A stretch of 57,417 nucleotides of DNA from positions 1 to 57,417 of the IMG/VR virus record IMGVR_UViG_3300022897_000003, one strand, 5' to 3'. The notes beneath the pieces are model-generated. The model searched no databases and was not told the origin of the DNA. It worked only from the letters and a program-made list of their open reading frames with translations. Shown here piece by piece: positions 18,161 through 29,098 of this stretch. The stretch comes from a virus (Duplodnaviria; Caudoviricetes). Position 1 is the stretch's first letter. Each line of letters opens with the position of its first letter. The position numbers and the translations under genes are program-made.

Positions 18161-18766
18161 GTGGGCGCATACACGGACCGCCTGAAGGGCGCCAAGCTGC
18201 CGGAGCGTTCGGTGCCGGTCTGCCTGCGCGGTGACCTCGTCGCCGAGTGGGAGCAGGCCGAACGCGACCTCGAGCGTGCGCAGAAGCAGCCGGATCACTC
18301 GAAGGAAGGCGTCGGCGTCGGCGCCCTGGTCGAGCGCATCGAGGCGCTGCAAGCCGAGATGAGCGAGCACACCGAGAAGTTCCGGCTGCGCGCGCTGCCC
18401 CGGCACAAGTTTCGCAAGCTGGTCATCGCTCACCCGCCGCGCAAGGACGGCGACGAAGAGATCCGCCGCGAGGACAACCAGCTCGGCCTCAACCGGGAGA
18501 CCTTCTTCCCTGAGTTGATCAAGGCGTCGGTGGTTGAGCCGGAACTCGACGAGGACGACTGGCGGGAATTGCTCGGCGACACCGACGAGGTGAGGGCTGA
18601 GCTCGAGGCCGGGGGCCGGGCGGATGAGATCCGTGAGGGTGTGTTGACCGACCGGCAGTTCGGCAATCTCGAGGACGTCGCCTGGTTCCTGAACAGGGCC
18701 GACGGGATTGACGTCCCTTTCTCGCGCGCCGCCTCGCTAGCTCGCCGGACTACCGGCACCGAGTAG
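18161..18766 (+). CDS. tail assembly chaperone (gpG-like)
   Basis: FRLRALP...HPPR...VPFS; between major tail and tape measure genes. Confidence 0.85.
   Translation: MGAYTDRLKGAKLPERSVPVCLRGDLVAEWEQAERDLERAQKQPDHSKEGVGVGALVERIEALQAEMSEHTEKFRLRALPRHKFRKLVIAHPPRKDGDEEIRREDNQLGLNRETFFPELIKASVVEPELDEDDWRELLGDTDEVRAELEAGGRADEIREGVLTDRQFGNLEDVAWFLNRADGIDVPFSRAASLARRTTGTE
18715..18721 (+). other. programmed -1 ribosomal frameshift site C CCT TTC
   Basis: XXXYYYZ heptamer in the correct phase; -1 frame open to TAG 19143. Confidence 0.85.
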
Positions 18767-19143
18767 AGGCGGCTGCCGCCCTCGGCATCCCCGGCTCGAA
18801 GTTCGAAGGCCGCGAGCCGGTCACGACCACCCGCTACTTCTACGACCGCCGCGGCCGCGTGACCCGGACCGAGTCGGTCAGCGAGCCGGAGTGGACCGAT
18901 GAGGACCGGGCTGAGGTCCTGGCGCTTGCTGAGTACCGGGCGAGCCTCTGCCCGAACGGGTGCGGCCAGCCGCTCAGCGAGTCCACCAGCCATGCCGATG
19001 TCGGCCCTGAGTACGACACCAGACGCACCACCTGCCGGGCCTGCGCCGAGATGCTCGCCGCCCGGCGGGCCGACGACGACGGCGGCAAGGGCGACAGCCG
19101 CGCACGCGTGTGGACGATCATCAAGACGAGGGCGGGTGACTAG
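18718..19143 (+). CDS. -1 frame extension of tail assembly chaperone (gpGT-like)
   Basis: FLARRLASSPDYRHRVEAAAALGIP...EPEWTDEDR...CPNGC...CRAC. Confidence 0.8.
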   Translation, partial: FLARRLASSPDYRHRVEAAAALGIPGSKFEGREPVTTTRYFYDRRGRVTRTESVSEPEWTDEDRAEVLALAEYRASLCPNGCGQPLSESTSHADVGPEYDTRRTTCRACAEMLAARRADDDGGKGDSRARVWTIIKTRAGD

Positions 19144-22100
19144 TGGCTCGCACCGTCTCCGTGAAGCTGATGGCCGACGTCGGCCAGTTCACCCGCAGCA
19201 TCGGAGGCACCGCCGCCGGCTCGGTCAAGACCCTGGCCGGCGAGCTGGACAAGGCCAACAAGGCCGGCCAGCTGGACCACGTCACCAACTCGGCCGGCGT
19301 CCTCGGCCTCGGCCTGGTCGGCGCGGCCGGCGCCGCGATCAAGATGGGCATGGACTTCGAGAAGTCCATGTCGGGGATCCGCGCCGCCACCCACGCCGGT
19401 GCCGGCGAGATGGCCCAACTGCGTCAGGCGGCGATCGACGCCGGTGCGGACACCCAATACTCGGCGACCCAGGCAGCGGACGCCATCACCGCCCTGAGCA
19501 AGGCCGGCATTGCGACCAAGGACATCCTCAGCGGCGGACTCAAGGGTGCCCTTTCACTGGCCGCTGCCGGCGAGCTCGACGTCGGCCAGGCGGCCGAGTA
19601 CACCGCCTCCGCGCTCACCCAGTTCAAGCTCGAAGGCAAGGACGTCCCACACGTCGCCGACCTGCTCGCCGCGGCCGCCGGCAAGGCGCAGGGCGAGGTC
19701 TCCGACATGGGCGCCGCCCTGAACCAGGCAGGCCTGATCGCCTCCGGTACTGGCCTGACGATCGAGGAGACCACCGGCACCCTTGCCGCGTTCGCCAGCG
19801 CCGGCCTCATCGGTTCCGATGCGGGCACCTCGTTCAAGACGATGTTGCAGATGCTCCAGGCGCCGTCGGGCAAGACCAAGGACCTGATGGATGAGCTGGG
19901 CATCAGCGCCTACGACACGGGCGGATCGTTCATCGGCATCGCCCAGTTCGCCGGCCAGCTGCAGGACAAGCTCTCCAAGCTGACGCCCGAGATGAGGGCC
20001 AACGCTGAGGCGCAGATCTTCGGCAGCGACGCCACCCGGGCCGCGAACATCCTCTACACCGAGGGCGCCGACGGCATCCAGCAGTGGATCAACAAGACCA
20101 ACGACTCGGGCTACGCCGCCGAGACCGCGGCCATGAAGACCGACAACCTGGCCGGCGACCTGGAGCGGCTCAAGGGCTCGCTCGACACGCTGCTCATCCA
20201 GGGAGGCAGCGGCCCGCAGTCCGGGCTGCGGGTCCTGGCCCAGGCGCTGAACGGCGTGGTCAACGAGGTCGGCGACATGAACCCGCTCGTCACCCAGGGC
20301 GCGGTCGTCGTCGCCGGCCTTACCGGTGCCGCCCTGCTCGGCGCCACCGGCTGGCTCAAGTACCGCGCCCTCATGGCGTCGGTGAACGCCCAGCTGATCG
20401 CCATGGGCCCGGCCGGTGTCCGCGCCGCAGGCGGCCTGGCGTCAGTGCGCGCCGCCCTCGGCCCCCTGATGCTCGGCCTGGCAGCCCTCGAGGGCATGAA
20501 GCTGGTGTTCGAGCACTTCGGCCCGGCCGCCGCCGAGGTCGACAAGCTGACCGCCTCGGTCCAGGAGTTCTCCGACACCGGCAAGGCCGCCGGTGAGGTG
20601 ACCCGCATCTTCGGCGACGGCATGAGCGACTTCAAGGCTCAGGCGGGGGTTGCCGAGGAGGCCACTCATGGTCTGGCCAAGGAGTGGAACAACTTCCTCA
20701 ACCTGGTCGGTGCGGGTGCCATCGATGACTGGCTGGGCGGTTTGACCGGTACGGGCTCCTTCAACACCGCCACCGCGAACATGCAGGCGTACGACGCGGC
20801 GCTGACCCAGGTCATGGAGACCAGCGGGAACGCGGCCACCGCCTCCCGGTTGTGGAACGACGCCCTGCAGCGCAGCGGACTGGACACCGAGCAGCTGGTC
20901 AAGGTCTTGCCAGACGCCTGGGCCAAGGTCAGCGACATGAACAACGCCGCCGCCAAGGCCTCGGCGTCCATCTCGGGGATGTCCGGGGCCGAGCAGAGTC
21001 TGCGGGCGGCCGCGGCCCCGACCACCGACGAGCTCAAAGCCCAGGCCGACCAGGCGGCGGCGCTCGAGAAGTCCATCAAGGAGCTCTTCAAGCAGTACCA
21101 GACCGCCGACCAGGCCGAGATCGCCCTGCGCGACACCACGATCTCCACGAACAAGGAATTCAAGTCCGGCGCCCACACCCTGGCCCTGAACACCGAGGAG
21201 GGCCGCAAGAACCGCACCGCGGTGCTCGACCGGCTCGGCGCGATCGAGGACATGCGCGAGGCCGAGATCGCCGCCGGCGAGAAGACCCAGGTGGCCAACG
21301 GCCGATACATCTCGCAGGTCGACGCGCTCAAGAAGACGCTGCGCCAGATGGGCTTCAACAAGAAGGCCATCGACGAGATGCTCGACAAGTACCGGGACAT
21401 CCCGCCGAAGGTCAACACCAACGTCACGATGACCGGCGACAAACTGGTCGGCCAGAAGCTGGCGCTGTTCTCCCAGGTCCAGCAGGCCCTGAAGAAGGGC
21501 ACCCAGTTGCCCGCCCCGGCCCGCCGGATGTTCGCCGGCTACGACGAAGGCGGCTGGACCGGCCCGGGCCAGAAGCACGACGTGGCCGGCGTCGTGCACG
21601 CCGACGAGTACGTGATCAAGAAGAACTCCCGGCAGAAGATCGAGAAGAACCACCCCGGCGCCCTCGACGAGATGAACGAGACCGGCCGGCTGCCCGGATA
21701 CGCCACCGGCGGGCGGGTCACCTGGCCGTATCCGACGACCGCGGCGATGACCCGGATCCCGTCGCCGAGCGAGGTCCGCAACGCTGTCGCTCCTGCCATC
21801 GGCTCCGGCGGCCAGACCTACCGGGCGATCGAGGCCGCGGTGCATTCGAGGTTCCCGAAGCTGCACGTCATCTCGGACGTGCGCCCCGGGGCGCGGACGC
21901 TGAGCGGAAATCTGTCCTATCACGGCTTCGGCCGGGCGGTGGACTACCCGCCGTCGCTGGATCTGGCCGTCTGGTGGAACCGCAACTACATGGCGCAGAC
22001 CAAGGAATTCATCAGCCCGTGGAACAGCCTGAACATCCACAACGGCCGGCGCCACACCTACACCGGGGCCATCTACCGGCAGCACTCCGGCAGCAACGCC

Positions 22101-22390
22101 CACGACCACATCGCCATGGCCAACGGGGGAGTGATCAACGAGCCGGTCTACGGCTACGGGGCGTCCGGCCGCTCGTACTCGTTCGGTGAGCGCGGCTCCG
22201 AGACCGTCATCCCGGCACCAGTGGAGTGGACCTGTCGTCACTGGTGTCCACCCTCAATGGGCTCCGCAACGCACTGTCGGCACAGGCCGCCCGGCGCGCT
22301 GGCGTGACGATCGGCGCGGTCAACGTCAACGAGCGCACCGACGTCGACATGCTGGTCAACGCTTTGCAGTTCCAACTCGGGGGTCTGTGA
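19143..22390 (+). CDS. tape measure protein with C-terminal metallopeptidase-like domain; apparent 1-bp frameshift near 22212
   Basis: TP901-type core (FEKSMS...YSATQAA...DNLAGDL); SYHGFGRAVD...HDH; the -1 frame after 22213 ends at TGA 22390 coupled to the next ATG. Confidence 0.9.
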
Positions 22391-23280
22391 TGGTTGACCT
22401 GCTGCCCTCGATGCGCCTGCTCGACGCGGCCACCGACGAGGAGCTGATCCTGTCCCCGGCGGCCGGCAACGGCGGCGTGGTCAAAGTGGTCGACTTCAAC
22501 CCCGGTTTTCCCGAGGTGCGCAGGGTGCAATATCCGAACCCGGGCTGGAACGGCGCCACCGACTACACCACCCTGCACGGTGCGAAGGTGGTCTCCCTGG
22601 TCCTGAAGCTCGACCCGTCGGCGGGCGTGCCCATCATGGCCACCCTGGCGCAGCTGCGGTCGTGGGCCGCCGCGGGCCGCGACGTGCTGCTGTACTACAC
22701 GCCGCTCGGCATGGATGAGCGGGTGTTGTATCTCAGCGGCGAGCAGCTGGGCGCCGAGCTGCCCATGTTGTCGATCATCTCCGGCGTCGTCGACGTGCAG
22801 CTGCAGTGGTCCTGCCCGGACGGCGTCGAGTACTCCGCGGACACCACCCAGACCATCGTCAAGCTGCAGACCCCGATCACCACGGGCGGGCGCCCGTATC
22901 CGCTGGTCTACCCGCGCACCTACACGGCGCAGGTCGGCACGGGCGTCGCCGTGATCACGAACAACGGCACTGCTGCCGCCGCACCCGTCGTCCGCATCTT
23001 CGGCCCGGTCACCGGCCCGGTGCTCACCAACGAGACCACCGGCCGGGTCTTCGCGATGGCCGGCTACGTCATCAGTGACACCGAGTACGTCGAGGTCGAC
23101 ATGGCCGCCAAGACCGTGCAGCTGCGCGGCGTTCCCGGCGCCGACGCGAACCGCCGCGGCCGGGTCACCACCAAGGGCTGGTGGAACCTGCAGCCCGGCG
23201 ACAACACCATCCGCTTCACCTCCGAGACGGGGGCCGTCCCGGCCCAGGCCCTGGTCCTCTCGCAGGACGCCTGGATCTGA
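22390..23280 (+). CDS. distal tail protein (Dit-like)
   Basis: NNGTAAAAPVVRIFGPVTGP...WWNLQPGDNTIRF. Confidence 0.8.
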   Translation: MVDLLPSMRLLDAATDEELILSPAAGNGGVVKVVDFNPGFPEVRRVQYPNPGWNGATDYTTLHGAKVVSLVLKLDPSAGVPIMATLAQLRSWAAAGRDVLLYYTPLGMDERVLYLSGEQLGAELPMLSIISGVVDVQLQWSCPDGVEYSADTTQTIVKLQTPITTGGRPYPLVYPRTYTAQVGTGVAVITNNGTAAAAPVVRIFGPVTGPVLTNETTGRVFAMAGYVISDTEYVEVDMAAKTVQLRGVPGADANRRGRVTTKGWWNLQPGDNTIRFTSETGAVPAQALVLSQDAWI

Positions 23281-23290
23281 AGGAGACGTC

Positions 23291-24184
23291 GTGACGTACG
23301 AGAAGCCCCTGTGGCAGGACAACGCCGGCACCGGCGTACCGGCCAGCTACGCGGCCGGGCTGGACCGGGCGCTGATCGCCGGCACGTTCCGCTCGGCCGG
23401 CGTCTTCAGCGTCACCGACCTGGCCGTGTCGCAACGAGGCGCCGGCGCCGACAGCTCGGTCGACGTCGCCCTGGGCAAGGCGGTCGTCTACGAGGCGTCC
23501 ACCACCGAGCGGGCCTACCTGATCCGGCTCACCGGATCCGTGCAGAACGTGCCACTGCCGGCCTCGCCGGGCAGCAACTCCCGCTACGACATGATCTACG
23601 CGCAGGTCCGCGACTCCACGATCTCCGGCTCGGTCGACGACTGGGTGCTGACCGCGGTCTCCGGAACCGCGTCGGCCAGCCCGACCGAGCCCGCCGCCCC
23701 GTCCGCCCAGTCGCTGCTGCTGGCCCGTGTCACCCGCACCAGCGGCGTCGCCTCGGTGGTCAACAGCGCCATCCAGGACCGGCGGGTCTTCAACCGGCTG
23801 GCCTACCCGCTGCCCTGGGTCAACATCACCAACATCCCGGCCGGCAAGAGCGAGGGCTTCGCTCTGCGCGTGCGGCATTTCGACTTCGAGCACGTCGAGA
23901 TCGCCGGCCAGGTCCACGACACCGCTTCGGGCATGGTCACCGGCGACACCCTCTTCACGCTGCCGACCCCGACGAACCAGCCGTCGTTCGTCCCGACGCT
24001 CCATGTCGCCCGGCTACCGGTCAGCGCCACCCTCGGTGCCGGCGCGGCGCAGCAGGACGTCCGGGTCGGCGTCGACACCGCCGGGGTCGTCACGGCCGCC
24101 TTCACCCAGCCGCCCACCGGCTCGTACGCCCCCGACGACATCTACTTCGACGGCTGCATCTACCTGCGGGCGCAGCCTTCGTGA
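23291..24184 (+). CDS. minor tail protein
   Basis: LAVSQRGAGADSSVDVALG...RYDMIYAQVRD...IQDRR; AGGAG RBS. Confidence 0.75.
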   Translation: MTYEKPLWQDNAGTGVPASYAAGLDRALIAGTFRSAGVFSVTDLAVSQRGAGADSSVDVALGKAVVYEASTTERAYLIRLTGSVQNVPLPASPGSNSRYDMIYAQVRDSTISGSVDDWVLTAVSGTASASPTEPAAPSAQSLLLARVTRTSGVASVVNSAIQDRRVFNRLAYPLPWVNITNIPAGKSEGFALRVRHFDFEHVEIAGQVHDTASGMVTGDTLFTLPTPTNQPSFVPTLHVARLPVSATLGAGAAQQDVRVGVDTAGVVTAAFTQPPTGSYAPDDIYFDGCIYLRAQPS

Positions 24185-25362
24185 CCGGCTGGCAGCTCAC
24201 CCTGCTGTCCGGTCCTTCGCCGGACCCGTCGACCTGGCTCGAGCAGTCCGACCTCACCGCCGCCAGCGGCAAGAAGGTCAGCATCTACCTGGACCAGCCG
24301 CACGAGATCACCTGGTCGATGAACGGCCAGCACCCCGAGGCCAAGCTGGTCGAAGAGCTGATGTCCGACGTGGTCGCCTCGTTCGACGACGGCACCGGCA
24401 CCGGCCAGCAGAGCCTCGTACGGGCCCGCATCGGCCCGAGCTCCGACAGCGGCAACGAGACCTCGGTCAACTGCAGCTTCCGGGCTCTGTCGTACCGCGA
24501 CCTGCTCAACCGCAGGATCCTCTACAGCAACGTCACCTACGCCGCGGTCTACGGGCTGGAGGCGCTCGGCTGGGATCTGATCACCCGAACGCAGGCCACC
24601 GACGGCGGCTACCTCGGCATCACCCGCGGCACGACTGGTGGCACCTCGGCCTCGGGTGGGCCGAACCCGTTGTTCGAGCTCGAGGCCGGCATGGTCATCG
24701 CGGAGCAGATCGCCAAGGCGTTCGAGGAGACACCCGGCTACGACTGGGACATCACCGCTGACCTGGTCTGGCAGACCTACATCCGTCCCCGGCGCGTGGG
24801 GCCGGGCCGGTTCCTGCTCGATTACGGCGGCAGTGTCGCCTCGTACGTCCGCACCGTCGACCCGGCCGACTACGCCAACGCGGTGCGGGTCACCGGCGGC
24901 ACACCGGAGGCCCCGCCGGGCGGCTACGTCATCCCCAGCCAGACCGCCCAGGCGGCCGACCTCACCGAGTCCGGCTCGTTTCCCAACGGAAAGTTCCGCC
25001 AGGGCCGCTGGGACAAGCAGTACTCCGACACGGACATCTTCACCAGCGCCCGAGCGCTGCAGCGCGCCCAGGAGCGGCTCGCCAACTCCCAGGTCATCGC
25101 GCCGACCTACACGCTCACCCTGAAGCCGGGGATGTGGCACGGGCCTACCGACCTGTGGGTGGGCGACGAGTGCCCGGTCTCCATCCAGCACGGCCGGCTC
25201 GACGTCGACACGGTCGGCCTGGTCACCAGCCTGCAGATCGACATCGACGACAACGGCGGCGACACGGTCACCGTCACCGTCGACGGCCTCGACCCGCACA
25301 GCGTCTACTACCGCAACCAGCGCAAGCTGCTCGCCGACGTCGCCCGCCTCGAACGCCACTGA
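24181..25362 (+). CDS. minor tail protein (baseplate hub/Tal-like)
   Basis: YANAVRVTGG...GRWD...LWVGD; synteny. Confidence 0.75.
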   Translation: MTGWQLTLLSGPSPDPSTWLEQSDLTAASGKKVSIYLDQPHEITWSMNGQHPEAKLVEELMSDVVASFDDGTGTGQQSLVRARIGPSSDSGNETSVNCSFRALSYRDLLNRRILYSNVTYAAVYGLEALGWDLITRTQATDGGYLGITRGTTGGTSASGGPNPLFELEAGMVIAEQIAKAFEETPGYDWDITADLVWQTYIRPRRVGPGRFLLDYGGSVASYVRTVDPADYANAVRVTGGTPEAPPGGYVIPSQTAQAADLTESGSFPNGKFRQGRWDKQYSDTDIFTSARALQRAQERLANSQVIAPTYTLTLKPGMWHGPTDLWVGDECPVSIQHGRLDVDTVGLVTSLQIDIDDNGGDTVTVTVDGLDPHSVYYRNQRKLLADVARLERH

Positions 25363-25379
25363 CCCGGGAGGAGCCCACC

Positions 25380-25646
25380 GTGGCTGTCGTTTATGCCGCC
25401 CAGGCGGCCGCTTTCATCCAGTACGACGGCACCAACAGCGAAGAGGTCATCGCCGCGCTGATCACCGTCCCTTGGCGGGCGGTGGTCCTGGACGAGCAGG
25501 ACGGCGAGCTCACGATCCGGCTGCGCTACCCGGACACCGACAGCGACCAGATCGTCCAGACCGCGCACGCCGGCGACTGGGTGGCCCTGGCCACCGGTGG
25601 CCCGGTGCCCAACGATGCGTTCACCGCGAAGTGGATCGTGAAATGA
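25380..25646 (+). CDS. hypothetical tail-associated protein
   Basis: IQYDGTNSEEV; GGAGGAG RBS. Confidence 0.6.
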   Translation: MAVVYAAQAAAFIQYDGTNSEEVIAALITVPWRAVVLDEQDGELTIRLRYPDTDSDQIVQTAHAGDWVALATGGPVPNDAFTAKWIVK

Positions 25647-26215
25647 CCCAGCCGATCGAGGCGCCGCTCTACACCCGTTCCCTCGAGCTCGCGTACGCCG
25701 AGCGCACCTACGCGCAGTCCACCAAGGTCGTCCCGGTGTCGCACAACGACGCCCACATCTGGACGTCCCTCGGCTTCGACGTCGAGATCGAGGATCCGCA
25801 CAACCAGCACTCGGGCAGCGGGTGGACGATCCTGACGGCCCCGCCGGACCAGGATGTCCGTTACTCCGGCGTCGTCGACGTCATGCTGCAGGGCGGCGTC
25901 GCCGCCTGCTCCACACACCTCATGTCGTACTGGGCCCGGGCATTGCAGCCCGGGGAGGTCGACGGCGTCGACAACGTCGTCGTCAAGCGGCCGGCGATCG
26001 AGGTGTTCGTCGGTGACTACGAGAGCCACCCCAGCGCGTCCGGGACGACCTACAGCAACACCCACCAGCAGCTGAAGTTCCAGGGCCGGCTCCCGGCCGG
26101 ACTGAAACTGCGGTCCTGCTGCGATTACTGGAACGCCCCCACGGGGGCTCCGGCGCTGAAGGTCGTCGCGGCGCGGGTGACCTGCGACTGGGGACTCGTC
26201 CCGGAAGGAGCCTGA
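25643..26215 (+). CDS. hypothetical tail-associated protein
   Basis: ATGA-coupled beta-rich ORF. Confidence 0.6.
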   Translation: MTQPIEAPLYTRSLELAYAERTYAQSTKVVPVSHNDAHIWTSLGFDVEIEDPHNQHSGSGWTILTAPPDQDVRYSGVVDVMLQGGVAACSTHLMSYWARALQPGEVDGVDNVVVKRPAIEVFVGDYESHPSASGTTYSNTHQQLKFQGRLPAGLKLRSCCDYWNAPTGAPALKVVAARVTCDWGLVPEGA

Positions 26216-26217
26216 TC

Positions 26218-26355
26218 ATGACGCAGCCTGACGACGCGGTCGCCCACGACGAGGGCGACCTGGAGCAGTACGCCGGCGAGCCGGTCGACGACGGCTGGGC
26301 CGAACCGACCGCTGCCGGACCGGCCGCGGATCCCGAGCCCGAGGACGTGGACTGA
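26218..26355 (+). CDS. small acidic protein coupled to endolysin
   Basis: 45 aa MTQPDDAVAHDEGDLEQY...; AAGGAG RBS; TGATG overlap. Confidence 0.55.
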   Translation: MTQPDDAVAHDEGDLEQYAGEPVDDGWAEPTAAGPAADPEPEDVD

Positions 26356-27206
26356 TGGCCAGCTGGATCCTCGTCCCGTGCCTGGTCAGCCTGCGCAACG
26401 AGTTCAACAAGCTGGCCCCCGGCCGGGACAAGGCGAGCGACGGCTCGATCGGCGACACCGCCCACCAGCAGGAGTCGAGCGACCACAACCCTGACGAGAC
26501 CGGCCGCACGCCGTACGAGGACGCGGACAAGGTCAACGAGGTCCATGCGATCGACGTCGACGACGACCTGCGCAAGGCCGGCTGGACGATGGACCGCTGC
26601 CTGCAGATCATCATCACCCGGCACCGCACCGGCAAGGACGACCGGCTGCAGAACGTCATCTACAACCGGCGGATCTGGTCCCGTTCGTGGGGCTGGACCG
26701 CCCGGGAGTACACCGGCGCCAGCGCGCACACCGAGCACGCCCACTTCTCTGCCCGCTACACCACCGCCCAGGAGTCCGACACCCGATCGTGGGGGCTCCT
26801 GGACTCGACCAAGGAGGACGACGTGAGCGAACAGGACGTCACCAACGCACTGGAGAAGTTCTTCGCCCGCGGGAAGCAGGCGGACGGCACCATCACCAGC
26901 CGGATCGGCCGCGACGCCCTCGACCAGGGCATCCCCGACGCCCTGACCGGCAAGAAGAGCAACGCCTGGCTGGCGCTCCAGCACATCGGCGGCGCGGTCA
27001 GCAAGCTGTCTGCCCTGGTCGCGGCCATGGCCGAGGACGAGGTCACTCAGGCCGACATCGACGCGCTGAAGGCCGCAGTCGAGAACGTCGACGAGCAGGT
27101 GATCGATCAGCTCAAGGGCTCCACACCCGAGGAGACGGCAGCCTTGCTGAAGGCCGCACTGGGCGATCAGGCCGCCGAGGTCGGCCGCATCCTGGCCGGC
27201 GCATGA
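26355..27206 (+). CDS. endolysin (Zn-dependent M15-like peptidase)
   Basis: DGSIGDTAH...SDHNPD...VHAIDVD...HTEHAHFS. Confidence 0.85.
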   Translation: MASWILVPCLVSLRNEFNKLAPGRDKASDGSIGDTAHQQESSDHNPDETGRTPYEDADKVNEVHAIDVDDDLRKAGWTMDRCLQIIITRHRTGKDDRLQNVIYNRRIWSRSWGWTAREYTGASAHTEHAHFSARYTTAQESDTRSWGLLDSTKEDDVSEQDVTNALEKFFARGKQADGTITSRIGRDALDQGIPDALTGKKSNAWLALQHIGGAVSKLSALVAAMAEDEVTQADIDALKAAVENVDEQVIDQLKGSTPEETAALLKAALGDQAAEVGRILAGA

Positions 27207-27682
27207 CCCAGGCCGGCCGGATGCTGCGTCCCGTGAAGGTGGTCACTGGCCGGCACCCGTTCGAGGTGGCCATCCTGTCGGCGGCGGCCATCTGCGGTCT
27301 CGCCCTGGCCTTGAGCAACACGTCCCCGCGCTCCGCCGCCGCGGCGATGCCCGGCCTGGTCCAGGTGCTGTGGCAGGTGCTGCTCATCGCCGGCGGCGTC
27401 ATCGGACTTGTGGGCGTGTTCTGGCCCGGGCGACTGCTCGCCCAGCTCGGCACCGAGGCCTGCGGAGTGGTGCTGCTCGGCACCGCCACCACCATGTACT
27501 CGGTGGCACTGTTCACCGTGGCGGGCATGCAGGCCCTGGCCGCCGGATCGTTCGTCACCGCCGCGGCGCTGGCCTCCTGGGTGCGGCTGTGGCAGATCTG
27601 GCGTGACCTGCGCCGGGCGGCCGCCGCCGAGCGGAGGGGCGAAATGGCGGAGGTGCCCCTGCTCGTCGAGGAGCGCCGATGA
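27203..27682 (+). CDS. lysis-cassette membrane protein
   Basis: About 4 hydrophobic segments; ATGA coupling. Confidence 0.7.
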   Translation: MTQAGRMLRPVKVVTGRHPFEVAILSAAAICGLALALSNTSPRSAAAAMPGLVQVLWQVLLIAGGVIGLVGVFWPGRLLAQLGTEACGVVLLGTATTMYSVALFTVAGMQALAAGSFVTAAALASWVRLWQIWRDLRRAAAAERRGEMAEVPLLVEERR

Positions 27683-28032
27683 CCGTCCAGGACATCACGA
27701 CCATCATCGGTGCGGTCGGCGGGCTCGGCGGCCTGGGCGCGCTCGTCGCCTCGTTCCTGACCCGAAAGAAGGTCCGGGCCGAAGCCGCTGACGTCATCAC
27801 CGACACCGCCCTCACCCTGGTCGAGCCACTGCAACGCCGGGTGCGGGAGCTCGACGTCGAAGTGACCGAGCTGCGCAGCAAGGTCCGCAGCGCCACCGAC
27901 GTGCTGGCCGACGCCATGTCACTGATCCGTCGCTGGCGAGCGTCGATGCTCAGCACCGCCGTTACGCGCGACGAGCTGCGGCTGATGGCGCATGAGCGGA
28001 TCGACGCCGAGCGGGTGGACACGACCACGTAG
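27679..28032 (+). CDS. membrane-anchored coiled-coil lysis accessory protein
   Basis: N-terminal TM then LVEPLQRRVRELDVEVTELR. Confidence 0.7.
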   Translation: MTVQDITTIIGAVGGLGGLGALVASFLTRKKVRAEAADVITDTALTLVEPLQRRVRELDVEVTELRSKVRSATDVLADAMSLIRRWRASMLSTAVTRDELRLMAHERIDAERVDTTT

Positions 28033-28033
28033 G

Positions 28034-28264
28034 TCAGCCCTGCGGCTCGTCATCGTAGGCACCGGCCTGCAGCTGGGCGTACTCGAGCAGTTTGCCGAGG
28101 AAGCGGACGCCTCGCCAGACGCCGAGCGCGGTGGCCATGGCTGCGCCGCACAGGACGCCCGTGCCGATGGATCCCTGGACGGCGCCGAGAACACCGGCGG
28201 CGAGGATGGCGATGACATCGATCCCGGTGATGTTGGTACGCAGAGTCTCCAGGCGTCTTGACAT
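28034..28264 (-). CDS. small membrane protein
   Basis: Two hydrophobic helices; convergent with lysis genes. Confidence 0.55.
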   Translation of the reverse strand: MSRRLETLRTNITGIDVIAILAAGVLGAVQGSIGTGVLCGAAMATALGVWRGVRFLGKLLEYAQLQAGAYDDEPQG

Positions 28265-28325
28265 GTCCAGAACGTATCGACGCCGGTACTCGGAGGTCAT
28301 CAGCCGTTGGGCCGATGGCGCAGCC

Positions 28326-28502
28326 TCAGGCTGCCTCTATCAGGTCGGCCAGGTCAACGCCGGCCTCCTCGAGCAGCCGCTGCAGGGTCGCCAGCGACAG
28401 CCCTTCTACGACGTTGTCGCCGTGGATGAGTCGGTACCACTGGGCGCGGCTCTGCGGCTGTCGGTAGGCCTCGACCCGCCACTGGCCGTCCGGCGTCTGC
28501 AT
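28326..28502 (-). CDS. hypothetical protein
   Basis: MQTPDGQWRVEAY...LEEAGVDLADL. Confidence 0.6.
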   Translation of the reverse strand: MQTPDGQWRVEAYRQPQSRAQWYRLIHGDNVVEGLSLATLQRLLEEAGVDLADLIEAA

Positions 28503-28834
28503 CACCCGCCCGACGCTACCGCGCAAGATCCGCCCTGCTCAGGGGCGAGATCGAACTACACGGGAGTAGTTCTCACCAGCCCGCCCCGGGCAGTCGAGCA
28601 GCCCGTCACCCCATGACCCACGGCCCCCGGGTCGCTGGCGGGTGGCCGGGATTCGCGGCCTGGCCGGCTCGCGCCCGGGGCGCCACACAGCTCACGTTTC
28701 GGCGGCTTAGCTGGTCGACTTGCGCCCTTGCCCGTGCCGCAGCCCGGCTCCCAGTGGGAGGCTGCCGCCCTACGACGGGGGACCCTGACGGGCCCGACCA
28801 ACAGCCCACCCAGCGTAGGGCCGCGTTGTCGCGC

Positions 28835-29098
28835 TTATGTCGCGCAGCAGTCGACCCAGGTGCCGCCGATGGTGCGCATCCACCGCCGGGCCGTCGCGCG
28901 GGCGTAGTGCTCGGCGTGCTCGCCGCCGTAGGCGCGCTGCCGGTGGTGGCCGCCGTAGGCCCGCACGTACCACCGGCCGTCGGCCAGCTGTCCGACGGCG
29001 ACCTTAACGGCCTTCTCATCCCATTCGCCGCCGTTGCGCCACCGCTGCTGCTCGGCGTGGCGCTCGTGTTCGACGTCGACCAGTTCCACAACCCGCAT
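28835..29098 (-). CDS. hypothetical protein, possibly LexA-controlled
   Basis: 87-aa ORF whose ATG overlaps an SOS-box-like site. Confidence 0.6.
   Translation of the reverse strand: MRVVELVDVEHERHAEQQRWRNGGEWDEKAVKVAVGQLADGRWYVRAYGGHHRQRAYGGEHAEHYARATARRWMRTIGGTWVDCCAT

Noticed and set aside
22205-22216. Programmed -1 frameshift in tape measure
   Set aside because: No XXXYYYZ slippery heptamer at the shift point; a single-base indel is simpler.
23291-26215. Diversity-generating retroelement or invertible tail-fibre system
   Set aside because: No reverse transcriptase, invertase or TR/VR repeat pair was seen.
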